Shown here: positions 13,501 to 26,052 of the stretch, piece by piece
Layout of the letters: each line of letters starts with the position of its first letter
Numbering within the stretch: position 1 is the first letter of the stretch
Assembly (NCBI GenBank): GCA_040954595.2
Contig: CM082595.2
Span: 1,325,690-1,389,689 of the forward strand
Reading direction: 5' to 3'
From: Balanoglossus misakiensis
Taxonomy: Eukaryota; Animalia; Hemichordata
Length of the DNA stretch: 64,000 nucleotides
Made by a program: the position numbers and the translations under genes
The notes under the pieces: generated by a model
Seen by the model: the letters and a program-made list of their open reading frames with translations, nothing else
Database searches by the model: none
What the model was told of the DNA's origin: nothing

Positions 13501-16500
13501 AGGAAGTTTGAGATATATTTTAGACCAGTAGAATCAGACAGAGAAACTGGACCATTAAGTAAACTGAGCAGCAAACAAGTAAACTGAGCAGCAAACAAGT
13601 ATTGTTCGTCTATCACTGGATTCAAGTACTCCAAACTGACCCCTGTGACCCAAATACAATCAGTCACTTATTGGTCTCACAAAACACCACATAACAACGA
13701 ATTGGAGCAACTTTAATCAGCAACGATACACCAATACACAGATAGCATATATTGCAGTTGGAACACGTCATTATTATGTATGAAATAGATCTTTGGACAA
13801 TTATAGCCAGTGATATTACCTCACTGAATTTATAGTCCAATATTAACATTATCCAATTTTGTCCAAAAAGATCCGTTATTACTGTCAGAACTGGATCTCC
13901 TTGCATTCAAAGAAAATCACACTATAATACTGTGACAGTTTAACTATCAGAGTGACATTTCATGGTGTTTGGAAATGAGTTTAGTAACATTCATGAGTCT
14001 ATATAACATTCTATTCACAGATTTGTATTGTATGCCATGTACATGTCTAGACTGTTAATGCATTAAATGGTTGTCCATGAAATCATGGTCACTAACCATG
14101 ATAAAATGTATCAGACTTGCCATTAATCTGTTTTTTAATATATTTTTTTGTTTACTGCCACAGAACAACCATCCCTGAGCCAGAGAGATCCAGTGATTCC
14201 ACCAATTACAAGACTTACACTAATTAATGCACTTCAACTGAAGTCAAACCCCCACAAGGCTGACAGAACTCTCAAATGGCAAAGTGGCACCAGACCTCCA
14301 TCAGACTGTCTTGAAATGCAATTTCCTGGATATTGTGTAAGTTGACACCACAACATAGATTCTAGAAAGCTCTTATCACCATGGTAACAGAGTATACTCA
14401 AAAGGGCAGATACAGCTTACAAACTTATAGGGTTTCCAGATAATTGAATTTTTGCCCATTCCAGGTAATTTGACTTGTGGCAGACAACAGTGTCTCCCAC
14501 GGAAATCAACAGCAGTTTTAAGAAATAATGGTCCTCCATCATCCTCTCACAAATTTACGATAGAAACAATGGGTTTAGACCAAACCATGGGTAGTCAAAA
14601 GGTTCAAAACTGGGTTCAACCAAGGTCAGTCTGTGGTATGATAGGGGTTCCATTTCCTGTAACCTAATCTAGACCAGCAAACAAAACTCACCCCAGATTT
14701 GGGCAGTTACCCAGACAGACATAAAGGTGATTGACTGCACAAAAATATGTCTGTTTTCTTTTGACGCTTCATTGCTAAAAAGAAAGATTTCTTATCATTT
14801 TAAGCCAGTGTTGTTTATATTATGTGTTCCTACAACAACAGTAAGGATGCATTACTATTGGCCTTGATGGCTTGGGTTACTATGACAACAAACGTGTGAC
14901 AAATGTAATCATTTAATTTTGGTTTAAGTCCCATAGTTTGTATTGTGCGGTTGGCTATAATGGCCGACGTAGACATGGGGAGTGAAAATAAAGAAGGCTT
15001 TACAATTTTATTGTTAATCCCAGGGTAATGGGAACTCACAAATTTCACTAAAGCTGACCTTTGGCTCTGAAATCAACACACACTGTATATTTCACTGTCT
15101 CAGAGCTGCATTGGTTTTTATTATTTGTGCCTAAATTGCTTCTAAAAACACAACCAATAATAATGCATAGCTGAGCTGAGTGTCAGCAAAATACACTGAA
15201 TTTTTTCACAGCTATGAACAAAATGTAAATGGTACAAGTGGTTTTTCAGTCTCCCAATGCTGCATGATTATGTTAATCCTAACCTCTGAATGACCTTTTC
15301 CGAGTTCACTGACAGAGCATGCTGTATATCAATGACATGTTTTTTTCTAGGCCATTCAACGACTATTCCAGCATAACATAGAAATCAAATAGATATATAT
15401 TAGATCTACAGTAACTGGGGTTATTAGGACTTCCTGCATAAAATAGTCAGTACAATTTAGAATTACATGTTGCTGCATTTTATAAGAATATTCATTTAAA
15501 AGGTCAGCACTTTACTGTTTTAAGAAATCCTTGGTAGTAAGGTTGCTATAGCAACCAGGTAATATCCAATTTGTTCATCGTAATACATCATTACCACTCC
15601 TCAGTGATTCTGGAAAATTCCTAAGACATGTCCTGCAATGCTAATAAGTCTGCATGTATACACATTTGGCCATGAGGATAACAGCAATAATGGCTATCTC
15701 ACTGAAAGAATGTGAGTCTGTTTCCTGAGGTTGAAGGTAGAGGGAAATAGACCATGGAGATTTCAGTGAAAGAACTGTTTAAAAAGGGATAGAAGAAAAA
15801 AGGGCAAGTATTAAAACGAGTTAAATTTGACTACTGTATCTTTGCAGTGTCTAGCTGCTATGACAACCTTGGCCTTAGTTTGAATAGACTGTAAAAATGG
15901 GGAAAATGTCACAAAAAGTGACGTGAGCTGACTAAAATAAAAACAAGGAAAAGATGTGATAGAAAAAACTAAAAAGTGGTTTACAAAGATGTGATCATAT
16001 CAAATGTAGACATGGTCAGCTGTGACGGGTGTTTATTTCCTGTTTACCATCTGGTATTGTCATGAATCTGAGTCAGTTTTCAAACCAATGCATGCAATTT
16101 CCATGGAATGACGTTGTAAGCCGGTATTTAGGTACGTGCACTTTTACACGTGAAACTTGTACCACGCAACTTTAGTCACGGCGAGGAAGGGAAATCCTTT
16201 GTTTATTTAGGCGTGATGTCATAGTTGAACTCGTGACGTCACGCGGAATAAGCAGAAATGCCTAAAATAGAAATATGGGTGCTGACAGAACTTTTGAAGT
16301 TGCATTCCGGCACGGTGTTATTGTTATTAATTTACGGATAATTCGGCAGTTTGGAAGAAAAAACTCTCGGGCATTCAAAAGTGCTGATGGCTGAAATCAA
16401 CATAATATTATGTTCATTTCAGCCATCAACATTTTGGACGCCAGTGCATAAATTTATTGCATGTAGATTTCAAAACATGTAAACACTTAAAACAGTGCCG

Positions 16501-17061
16501 AAATCTCAGCTTTTGGGATGAAATATCTCATGGTTCAACTATTGAAAACTTTCATTTGGTCGGTTATTAGAATGAAAACGTGCACATACTCAGTCAAGCT
16601 GACCTTGAGTGTTTACACAGAAAGGCCATGTCCTTCGCTGTTTTGTCAACGAAATGCATAACAATATATGTTACGGAGACTGACTTAAAATCTTGCCGAC
16701 ACGCCCATTCGATCCAAGCTCACAAGATATAGAAAATAAAACAATATGCAGCATAGTTACGTCCGTAGGAACGATCACTTAAATATTGCATAATGGCATC
16801 TAACGTCTAGACAGTAGGAGAAGTATTACTAGTAATGTGAACACATGCAATGTGATACTCACTGGATTTGATCACAGAAACAGCTTCCTCGATCGTTTGC
16901 CATCGAGGTACACGATTTGGCAACGGGTAAAACGGTTCAGCCGCATAATCATAAAATGTCTTTTTCTGTTGCTGACAGATTGACCCAGATGCGTTCAAGA
17001 TTCTCTTCGCGTATCTGTAATTTCCCGGTTTTAATAAACCGCGAGTCAAGTTGACCGCCAT
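10504..17061 (-). CDS. Acetyl-CoA hydrolase/transferase family protein (acetate:succinate CoA-transferase or 4-hydroxybutyrate CoA-transferase-like), probably mitochondrial, 8 exons
   Basis: Exons 17061-16863, 12963-12811, 12532-12293, 12190-12002, 11747-11532, 11420-11283, 10948-10820, 10691-10504. Motifs VFIHGGAATP, LQMGIGSIPDAVL, HSEMFSDG, SGVGGQVDFIRGA, VVTEYGIAYL, LISIAHPDHRE. N-terminus is basic and lacks acidic residues, like a mitochondrial presequence. Confidence 0.93.
11084..11258. mobile_element. pogo/Tigger-like (Tc1-mariner) MITE in a CoA-transferase intron
   Basis: Imperfect TIRs aagtaaaacctgtcttaaccgaaca / tgttcggtttagacaggtgttgctgta, with internal repeats of the ggtntagacagg motif and a 3' TA. 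Confidence 0.6.
13557..13600. repeat. Perfect 20-bp tandem duplication
   Basis: aagtaaactgagcagcaaac twice. Confidence 0.9.
15542..15555. promoter_or_regulatory. Perfect palindromic RFX X-box in the long first intron of the CoA-transferase gene
   Basis: GTTGCTATAGCAAC; a second site gctgctatgacaac at 15854-15867. Confidence 0.5.
16369..16442. repeat. 74-bp imperfect palindrome
   Basis: ggcattcaaaagtgctgatggctgaaatcaacataat / attatgttcatttcagccatcaacattttggacgcc. Confidence 0.8.
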
Positions 17062-18733
17062 CGTCGCTCAATCGATGTGAATGTGAAATAGCGACTAGAC
17101 ACTGAAAAAGTCAGTCTCGTTATTTCTCGTCAATTTCAGGGTCAAAAATGCACAGCGTTTTTTAGCGTGATTTCAGTACACTGTCCCATATACCCGATAC
17201 ATATATATGTACCAGGCATAAACTATGTAAGTGGGTCGCCATGTCAAAATGTGATTGGGCGACGCCGCCAATAAGGACAACCTATACAGATGTCTATCAA
17301 CCCTTAATAGACCAGTTAGACAAACGCAAAGAAAACCCGCCAGATGCAATTAAGCTGCGATGTAGTTCCACGAAAAGTAATCGCAGTTGAAAATGAAATC
17401 ACGAAAACAATGAAAAAACTGAACATTTTCTTGTTTGAAGATATACGTCGCATTCCGAGCTGGAAAAAAGTTCTGTCGCGACTTTTACAATAATTGTCCA
17501 GTCGAAAAGTGACTCGACTTTTCAACGAACAAGCTATTAAGTATATAATAACTTTAAAAGTTTTCATCCGCGTTTAGAAGTTTTACAGAGTAGCAAATTG
17601 AAAGTTTTTGCGCGGGCGCATTAGCAACCTGCCATACTTGACACTGAATGAAACAGACGTGCAGTCCCATTTGAGGGCTCCAGTTTTACTGAGTGTCGGA
17701 ACTTCATTTGGCTCGAAGATACCTGACCAGGTCGCAGGTATGTCCAAAAGCAACATTCCAAGAAACGACGACGTTATGCCCAGCAATCTATTTGGCCTTT
17801 CGTCACTTAAACTGACAGAGTATAGGTAATTAAGCTTTTAGGAACTTGGTCGCCTTTCTGATAAATGACATTCGATCAACTTCAAATTTGTCTTGCAGCT
17901 CTCCATCATTTTTGTTCTCCAAGACGAAAAGATTTCGATCATTGTCACGCGCCGCAAAACTTGCACTTTTCTGACTTTGATGCTACATTTTGATATATAC
18001 AGTCATTTACTAGGACAAACAGTAACTTTGGGAGTCCAATCCATAGTAAATCGCATTTTAATGAACACGTACAAGAAACAGACTAAAACAAAGGATAGTC
18101 TTTTTCCCCCCATGCCCAGCGATGGCGCTTCTTCGGCATCTCGCCTTTTCTCGCGTGACGAGGTCAAAGGTAACACCCGGAGGTCGCGCGTGGCTCGTGT
18201 TGAACAACGACAGGATAAGGCTGGTGAGTATGTCAACGCTTTTTTCTGGATATGTCAATCTTTAATGGTAGAGTAGTAGTTGTTTGGCGTCCTAGGTATC
18301 ACCAGTACTCATTGAAGTGATATAGGTACACAAATGCTGTTTCATTCGTTCGCGTTCCGAGTATTTGAGCTTCAGTCCTCAGTGACTATCAAAGTATCAT
18401 GTACCCTTTACGTACGTACACTTGTACATGTAATAGGCTTAGAGAAACACGTGTATAATACCACGCCAATAAGTCGATAGAGTTTCTATCAGAGGCTGTG
18501 GGTAATATAAATGAGTTTGTGAAAATCATGCATCTTACTCGAACCTACAAGATCTATGCAGGGGTGGGCTCCCCCTTTGACTTTAGAAACTTGAACTTGG
18601 GAATGATAATAGTTGCACATGGTCTTTAATAAAGTTTGGGGTCAGTGTCTACCATACACCCTGGAGTCTACTACATTGTATTTTGTTGTAGATGCTACAG
18701 TATATTGTTTATCCTTTGACAGAAATAAAAGTA

Positions 18734-21700
18734 ATGGCTGGAATGAACGGTGAACACGCGCTGGATGAACACAGCGCAATATGTGATGACCGTGTAGCTA
18801 TCCTTGATGCAGGTGCTCAGTACGGAAAGGTGAGATTCCATCCAATTATGGATGTGTTGGAAGTAACTTTAACAGATAATTTTCTGAACTCCACAAGACT
18901 CTGAGGTCTAGTTGGGCTAGGCATGAAGTTTTACTATGTGTAATCAACTTGTGTTAATATCAAGATGCATTAATTCATGATTGAACACATTTCTATTTTA
19001 GGTGATTGATCGAAGAGTTCGAGAACTGTTTGTAGATTCTGAAATCTTACCACTAGACACTCCAGCATTTCTTCTCAAAGAAAGAAAATTCAAGTAAGTT
19101 AGATGTTTGTCATTGTGATCTTTAATTTTTCTTCCATCTATAAACTTCTCATTGTTTACTATTTCTGTACATTTGTAGATTCTTATATAAAGTAACTAAG
19201 TGACATTTTTTGTGATGTTTTCCTGTTTCAGAGCTGTCATAATATCAGGTGGTCCCAACAGTGTGTATGCGATAGATGCCCCACGTTATGATGCTGAACT
19301 CTTTCAGTGTGGTTTACCAGTGTTAGGAATATGCTATGGAATGCAGGTAGGCAGGGTGAATTATGGAACATTTTGCATGTTTATAACATAGAAATAACCA
19401 ATCAGAGATCATTTTATGTAAAATCACAATATTTTACATTGTTTTATTGATGATTCTTAAAAAACTGTTAACTCATTAGATTTTATTGTTTTTTATTACA
19501 GATGATGAATAAAGAATTTGAAGGAACAGTACAGAAGAAATCAGTACGAGAAGACGGACAGTTCACGATCACCATAGATAACAGTTGTAAATTATTCAAG
19601 TGAGTTAAATTCAAAATGTTCAATTCAGGGTTTTGCATATCCTCCACACTTATCCATGGAATGAAGCTATTGTCTGTATGTTGTCAATAATTATTTGTTT
19701 GTTTTTTCCAATTCCAGGGGATTGTCAGATGAGGAATCAGTGTTACTAACTCATGGCGATAGTGTAGATACCGTTGCTAAGGGATTCTCGGTTATTGCGA
19801 AATCTGGTGACTTAGTTGCAGGTAGTGTACACTTCATCTTTTTTTCACCCCTTTCAACACAATGGTTCAGTCCAAACGCATTGTTTTCTATGGCAAGGTT
19901 GGACCTCTAAAAAGAGAACTGGGGGCCACTGCAAGTATATAACATGGCTCTAATATCAAGTATGAGTGATGTATATATTCGTCCATTTACAGGTATTGCA
20001 GACGAAAGTAGACGATTATATGGCGTTCAATTTCATCCAGAGGTGGACCTAACAGAAAATGGACAGCAAATGTTGAAGAACTTTCTGTTTGAGGTCGCAG
20101 AATGTCATGGCACATACACTATACAGAGCAGACAACAGACTTGTATTGATGAAATCAGAAAAGTTGTTGGAACACATAAAACATTGGTAAGTTGTATTTT
20201 ATACTTTCCAGTTTCATCACGTATATTATTTTGAATTATTACATTCTAAATCTCCCCTTGATGTCATGTAAGAAATGTGCTGTAATGGGGGCTTGTTCAT
20301 CTGGAGAATCTTAGAAACTATAAAAGCTAACCGGTCTCTACTTTTGATGATTTTCTAGGCTCTTGTCAGTGGTGGTGTTGACTCTACGGTGTGTGCGGCT
20401 TTGCTGCATAAAGCACTAGACGATGAGCAAGTAATAGCAGTTCATATAGACAATGGTTTCATGAGAAAAAATGAAAGCCAAGTTGTAGCAGAATCTTTAA
20501 ATGATTTAGGACTTAAATTAAAAGGTAAGTTTGATGTTAGAGTGGACATGTGTACAGTTTTGTTTAATTGATCATCTCATATTGTAAGTCATCACCATTT
20601 CTGTGTGACTAGCTACCTTCTTGTAGTTTGAGATGTGGCATATTTTGTTCTGATTTAACTAATCGCTCTCATTTTGTAGCTAAATTATAATGTAGTATTG
20701 CTGACTTTGACTGATACATGTATATTTTTTCTGTCTCCAGTTATTACCGGAAGTCATACATTTTACAATGCGACAACAACTATACCAATCGACAAAAACG
20801 ATCCATCGGCAAGGAAACGGGTTACTAAAACTTTGAATGCAACAGCAAACCCAGAAGAAAAGAGAAAAATCATTGGTGATACATTTATGAAAATTGCTGA
20901 TGATGTTTGTGCTGAACTCAACTTGAAACCTGAAGATGTAATTTTAGCTCAAGGTAAGATGGTTTCATTTCTGAGGGTTTTACTTTTGTTATCATGGTTA
21001 TATATGGAAACGTTCTTATCCAGAAGAATATTAGTTTTACTTTGTCTATAAAGTGGACACTTGGACATTGCCACATAAAATAACAGGGGTAGGCACATAA
21101 TTTTCCTGTAGATAACATTACCCTGTTTTGTTCATTACTAGGTACTCTAAGGCCTGATTTGATAGAAAGTGCCTCTGAATTAGCAAGCGGTAAAGCTGAT
21201 GCCATCAAAACACATCATAATGATACAGAGTTGGTACGTCAGTTGCGGAAACAAGGCAGGGTAGTTGAACCACTCAAAGACTTCCATAAAGATGAAGTCA
21301 GGGCGTTGGGGAAAGAATTGGGGCTTCCGGCTGATATAGTTCACAGACATCCATTTCCTGGTAAGTATCTAATTTTTTTTATACTGCATACTAGAAATAT
21401 ATCGGGGTGTTACGTCATGTACAGGTTGTGACAGTGGCTTAACCCTTTCACCACCATAGTTTGGTCCAACTCCATTGTTTTCTATGGTAAACCTGGACCT
21501 CTGAAGAGGGAACTGGGGGTGAAAGGGTTAGTGGTAGATTTTGAGATGAGTTCATTTAAAATGCACATCTGCACTGCCCCACAAAGCTGATCTGTGGTTA
21601 CCATAACATTGAACAATATTCATAGATTTGTTTGTAAACACTCACAGGCTCTACCAAGTACACTAAGTTATTATTGATTGTGTCATTAGGTCCTGGTCTT

Positions 21701-23323
21701 GCCATTCGTGTCATTTGCGCTGAGGACGCATACTTCAATCAAGATTTCGCTGAGACTTGTGTTTTAGTTAAACTTATTGCAGACTTCTGTAATGCAGTTA
21801 ATAGGGTGAGTCAGTACTCAATGAATTTGACCTTATTTTCCACAAGGGCCAGGATTGGACTCCTGCAGAGATTATTTCCTTGACAATGACTTGTTTATTT
21901 TTATCTTGCATCCTGTTCAATTATTGCTATGACAACTGCAATGGTCAAGCAAAAATTGTAATTACTGAAACCATGAGTTGTGATGTAGTCAACCAATTAA
22001 ATCAAACTTGTCTTTCTAATCTATAAGTACAACAGGGATTAAATAATGACTTGTTCTCTCATTGTTTTTAGCCGCATGCCTTGATGAATCGGCTGCAGAT
22101 GAGTACAACTAGTAAAGAACGAGACCTCCTCTGTGAAATAAGTCGTAGTGATGACCTGACAGCCACACTACTACCCATCAAGACAGTTGGCGTACAGGTA
22201 AGTTGTATTATTCACAGTACTGGGGTTGTATAGGTGAAATTCTCAGTAGCAGTCATTTTGATATGTGATGGTGGTGAAAGGGTTAATCTGTGATTTATGT
22301 GACCACTAATTGAGATCATATCTGTCTGTTTCCACAGGGTGATTCACGGACATACAGCTATGTAGTAGGTCTATCCAGTGACAAACCACCAAATTGGAGC
22401 AATCTCATGATGTTAGCGAAAATCATACCAAGAATATGCCACAATATCAACAGGTATGTTGCATTTATCCTAGAAATGGAAAGAATTCCTTGTAAATGTT
22501 CTTTGTGCTTGTTGGTAAGTTGACAAATCAGGTCTGTTTGAATTTAAAAAGTAAAGATGTCACTATCATGAATTTCTTTGTGTCTTGTCATCCAGAGTTG
22601 CTTACATTTTTGGCGGTTCAGTCAAAGAGAGCATCACTGATGTTACACCGACATTTCTGACGACTGGTGTCCTCAGTACGTTACGACAAGCAGACTACCT
22701 AGCTCACAAAGTACTCATGAAAAGTGGTAAGTTATGGAGTCTTTTCAATTTGTGTGAATAAGTTAGGGAGACTGATCTTAAATTGTAACAAGTAGACCAC
22801 CTAGCTCACATAATGTTCTTGAGAAGTATGTTAAGTGGGAAGTAGTACTGTAAGTAGATATAGATCATTAATTATTTTTCAAGAGTTTACAAGAAATGAT
22901 ATTCACAAGATTAACTGTTTAATATTTTTAGGATATAATAAGAAAATCAGCCAGATGCCAGTGATTCTTATCCCAATACACTTTGATCGTGATTCTGTGC
23001 AACGGCAGCCATCTTGTCAAAGATCGATCGTCATCAGGACATTTATCACAGCAGATTTTATGACCGGTATACCTGCCACTCCAGAAAAACAGCTGCCTGA
23101 AAAGGTTTGTTAGAAATTATTCCTTGTTATTGTTGACATATTAATTCCAGTCTACACATGAATTCACAATGGAAAGTTTGTTTTATTCTCAAGATAAAAC
23201 TGATTCAAATTTTCCTTTCAGGTTATTCGAGATATGGTGTCAGAGGTGAAAACTGTTCCGGGAATTTCCCGAGTTTTGTATGACTTAACTGCCAAACCAC
23301 CCGGAACAACAGAATGGGAATAA
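18734..23323 (+). CDS. GMPS: GMP synthase (glutamine-hydrolysing), multi-exon; possible in-frame upstream exons from 17740
   Basis: [28 protein letters not shown] (catalytic Cys), [44 protein letters not shown] and C-terminal [14 protein letters not shown] across GT-AG-bounded exons. Confidence 0.97.
19846..19925 (+). mobile_element. MITE family copy in a GMPS intron
   Basis: cccctttcaacacaatggttcagtccaaacgcattgttttctatggcaaggttggacctctaaaaagagaactggggg. Confidence 0.7.
21439..21530 (+). mobile_element. ~90-bp piggyBac-type MITE, best-preserved copy, in a GMPS intron
   Basis: TTAA-CCCTTTCACC ... GGTGAAAGGG-TTAG: terminal inverted repeats starting CCC with TTAA-like flanks. Confidence 0.75.
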
Positions 23324-26052
23324 ACCACAGAGAATGACAAAGTGGGAGTACAACAAAATGGGGCATTCTCGTCAAACCATTCAAACCATAATACCAGTGT
23401 TTGGGTGGACAAGTCAGCTGCCATATTCTAAAAATTTACAACAAAATTTTCAAACTAAGACCTAGATTTCAATGTGGTCTTGTCCTCTGGAATTTTTATG
23501 GATTGAAACTTGATTTCTTTAGTTGTAGTGATTGTAGAAGATTATCTTGGGAAATTTAAAAAAATGGAAAAATTTCAGTGAGCTTTTGATAATTCTGTTC
23601 CTCACAATTGATGTAATTTTAAGCTGATTTTGGAAGCTTACCAGTTTTAGTTCATGGATGGGGTGAAAGGGTCATCCACATGTACCTCAGTTGGTGACCT
23701 GGCTTTGAGAACTTCCACAATATTGCTATCCACTTTCAACCAGAAAAATCTTGCCATAATTTTTGAATGGGTCACTCATGATGCAGCAATGAAATTGTTA
23801 GTGTTACACTTATAAAACTGGACAGTATTAAATTTGCATTTGAAATAGCCGTTGTTGGTTGAGTTATATCATGACTACTACAATTTGTTTTATTTTATGT
23901 TGACAGCATTTTATTAATTCAAAATCTCTCAGTTACAATATTCCTCAGACTTCACTTCCTTACAGTGAATAGAAATTGTACCACACAAGAAAAAGGGTTA
24001 AATTGTCATTTCCAAACTGTTGCCATTCTAAGTTACTCCCTTTAGAACATATCAAAAATGTTTGTAATCTTTGCATTCTGTATAGAATCAGAGGGATTTG
24101 AGGTGCTGTCGGACTTTGTTTAATATTGTCCAAGAATACCAACTGCCCTTTTTTAGAGTTGATTGATGGTTTTAAATCATTACTGTGATTGTTTGTATTT
24201 ATGTGTCAAGACTGTCAACAACTTCCATTGGAAGAATTTGATCACGTTCCAGTTAATGAAATTCAAGCGATTATGGTATTTTCATATTTATAATTTGCAT
24301 TTTATTTCTATGGTGATGTACAGGTATTCCTGTGGCATTAGTTGTATGTCAACTGAAGAGACCCTTCTTTTGAATACTCGAAACTGTAACTTTTGATATC
24401 ATTTTCAGGCATTTAGGGACATGTAGTCTAGTCATCAAGGTATGTACATGTGTTATTTTGACGGTATTTGTCTTGGCTGAAATTATCATCGACAATGACA
24501 GTTCATCCAATGAGTGGGCATTTCAGACTGCTGTGTTATGTTTCAGTGTTTAACGTTTAATTGTGCCTTAACTGATATTTTTTCTGAATAAAGATTTTTG
24601 ATGTTCGTGTATTATTTTACAGCTGGGTGTAAAATACTGGTATCTTTTCTTGAAGAAAGAAACACTAGGACTCCAAACTTTCTTTATGTAGGTGAGCAAA
24701 GCCTCATGTTATATTTACCACACACCAATGGAAGCAAATGTTATTTTCAAATAGTATTGAGAACACTGCCCTTGTGATCAGTACATTCAAGAGTGTCATG
24801 CCAGACCCCCCCCCCTCATATTATGACAAAAACGGCAAAAGATTTGAAAGACAGTTATCTTTATTTTTAAGGCTATTCACACAAAGAAAATACATTAAAT
24901 GTATGTTAACATTCCTTGCAATACAAATACACTATAATACATAATCATCAGGAATCAGGTCTTTAGTACTATGGGTAGTCAAAATTTTCAAACTCTATTT
25001 GTGCATCAATGTAGATGGCAAGAAATCCTGTGATGTCAGGCTCTCTGTGTAACCTTTGTCATACAGGAAGTGACTTGAAATGAAATGCCAGGATGTGTGA
25101 CCTTTGAGGTTACATAAAGTGACCAATCAAAATGGATTTCTACTTTTTCATAGTGGGAAGACAGAAAACACATTCATAAACAATCATCAAAATTATATAA
25201 ATGTAATATTCTCAATTTTCTTGATTTTAAAGTCATTTTGTAATTTGCTACTGTACTGTTTATCCATCTGTAAGAAATTTCCAATGTTTTTGGAACTAAA
25301 AGAAATTATAAAATTTATATGGTATATAAAGCAACAGAAATTCATGATATACAATTACAAACCTTGTGTAAAATTTGCAGTCTTTACGTTATAAATGTAG
25401 TATCATTTCTAGGTGCAGACAGTTTGTGTGAAAAGTATCCACATTGGAACATAACTTGTGTGTTTATGATCTGGCAAGCATCAGAATGGATGCATAAAGC
25501 ATGTGCATAAATCTCAGCAGAGCAAATTTATTTGGAAGAGTCAAAACTCATTCTAGTCTAAAATAAAATTCTATATGTAGTACTATTGAGGAAAAAACTG
25601 ATTGTCATTTTACAAATGTCTACTTCTGACATGGTATATTTATTTTCATTTCATCAAGACAAAGTGCAAGGGTCAGCATGTAGGCGCATGGTAGAGTTGT
25701 ACACACACAAGGTGGGGGGGGGGGTGGAATAATAAATATGCAGTACTAATAGTACATAGTCATTGGAAACAGACTGAAAGATAAATTTGCAAATTTTGAA
25801 ATTCACATTAGCTGTATCTTTTACATTTTTTGCATGTGAGGTCTCTGAATTGCCCTGGACATATGCCAAGCCATAGGTTAGCAAACTTATCGAGACATAC
25901 AATGAAAGATCAATGAAACAAGATACAGCTATTGTGTCTTGGAGATGGTACAATCAACATCATGCATAGCAGCAGGTAATACACTTATAAAATGTGTATC
26001 TATCATGTCTTGCACATGTACCAGGCCACCTTGGTTACCCAGATTGCTATGG

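Noticed and set aside
10504-17061. Recent bacterial horizontal transfer or contamination of the CoA-transferase
   Set aside because: Seven spliceosomal introns, a presequence-like N-terminus, host-like composition and known homologues in other invertebrates.
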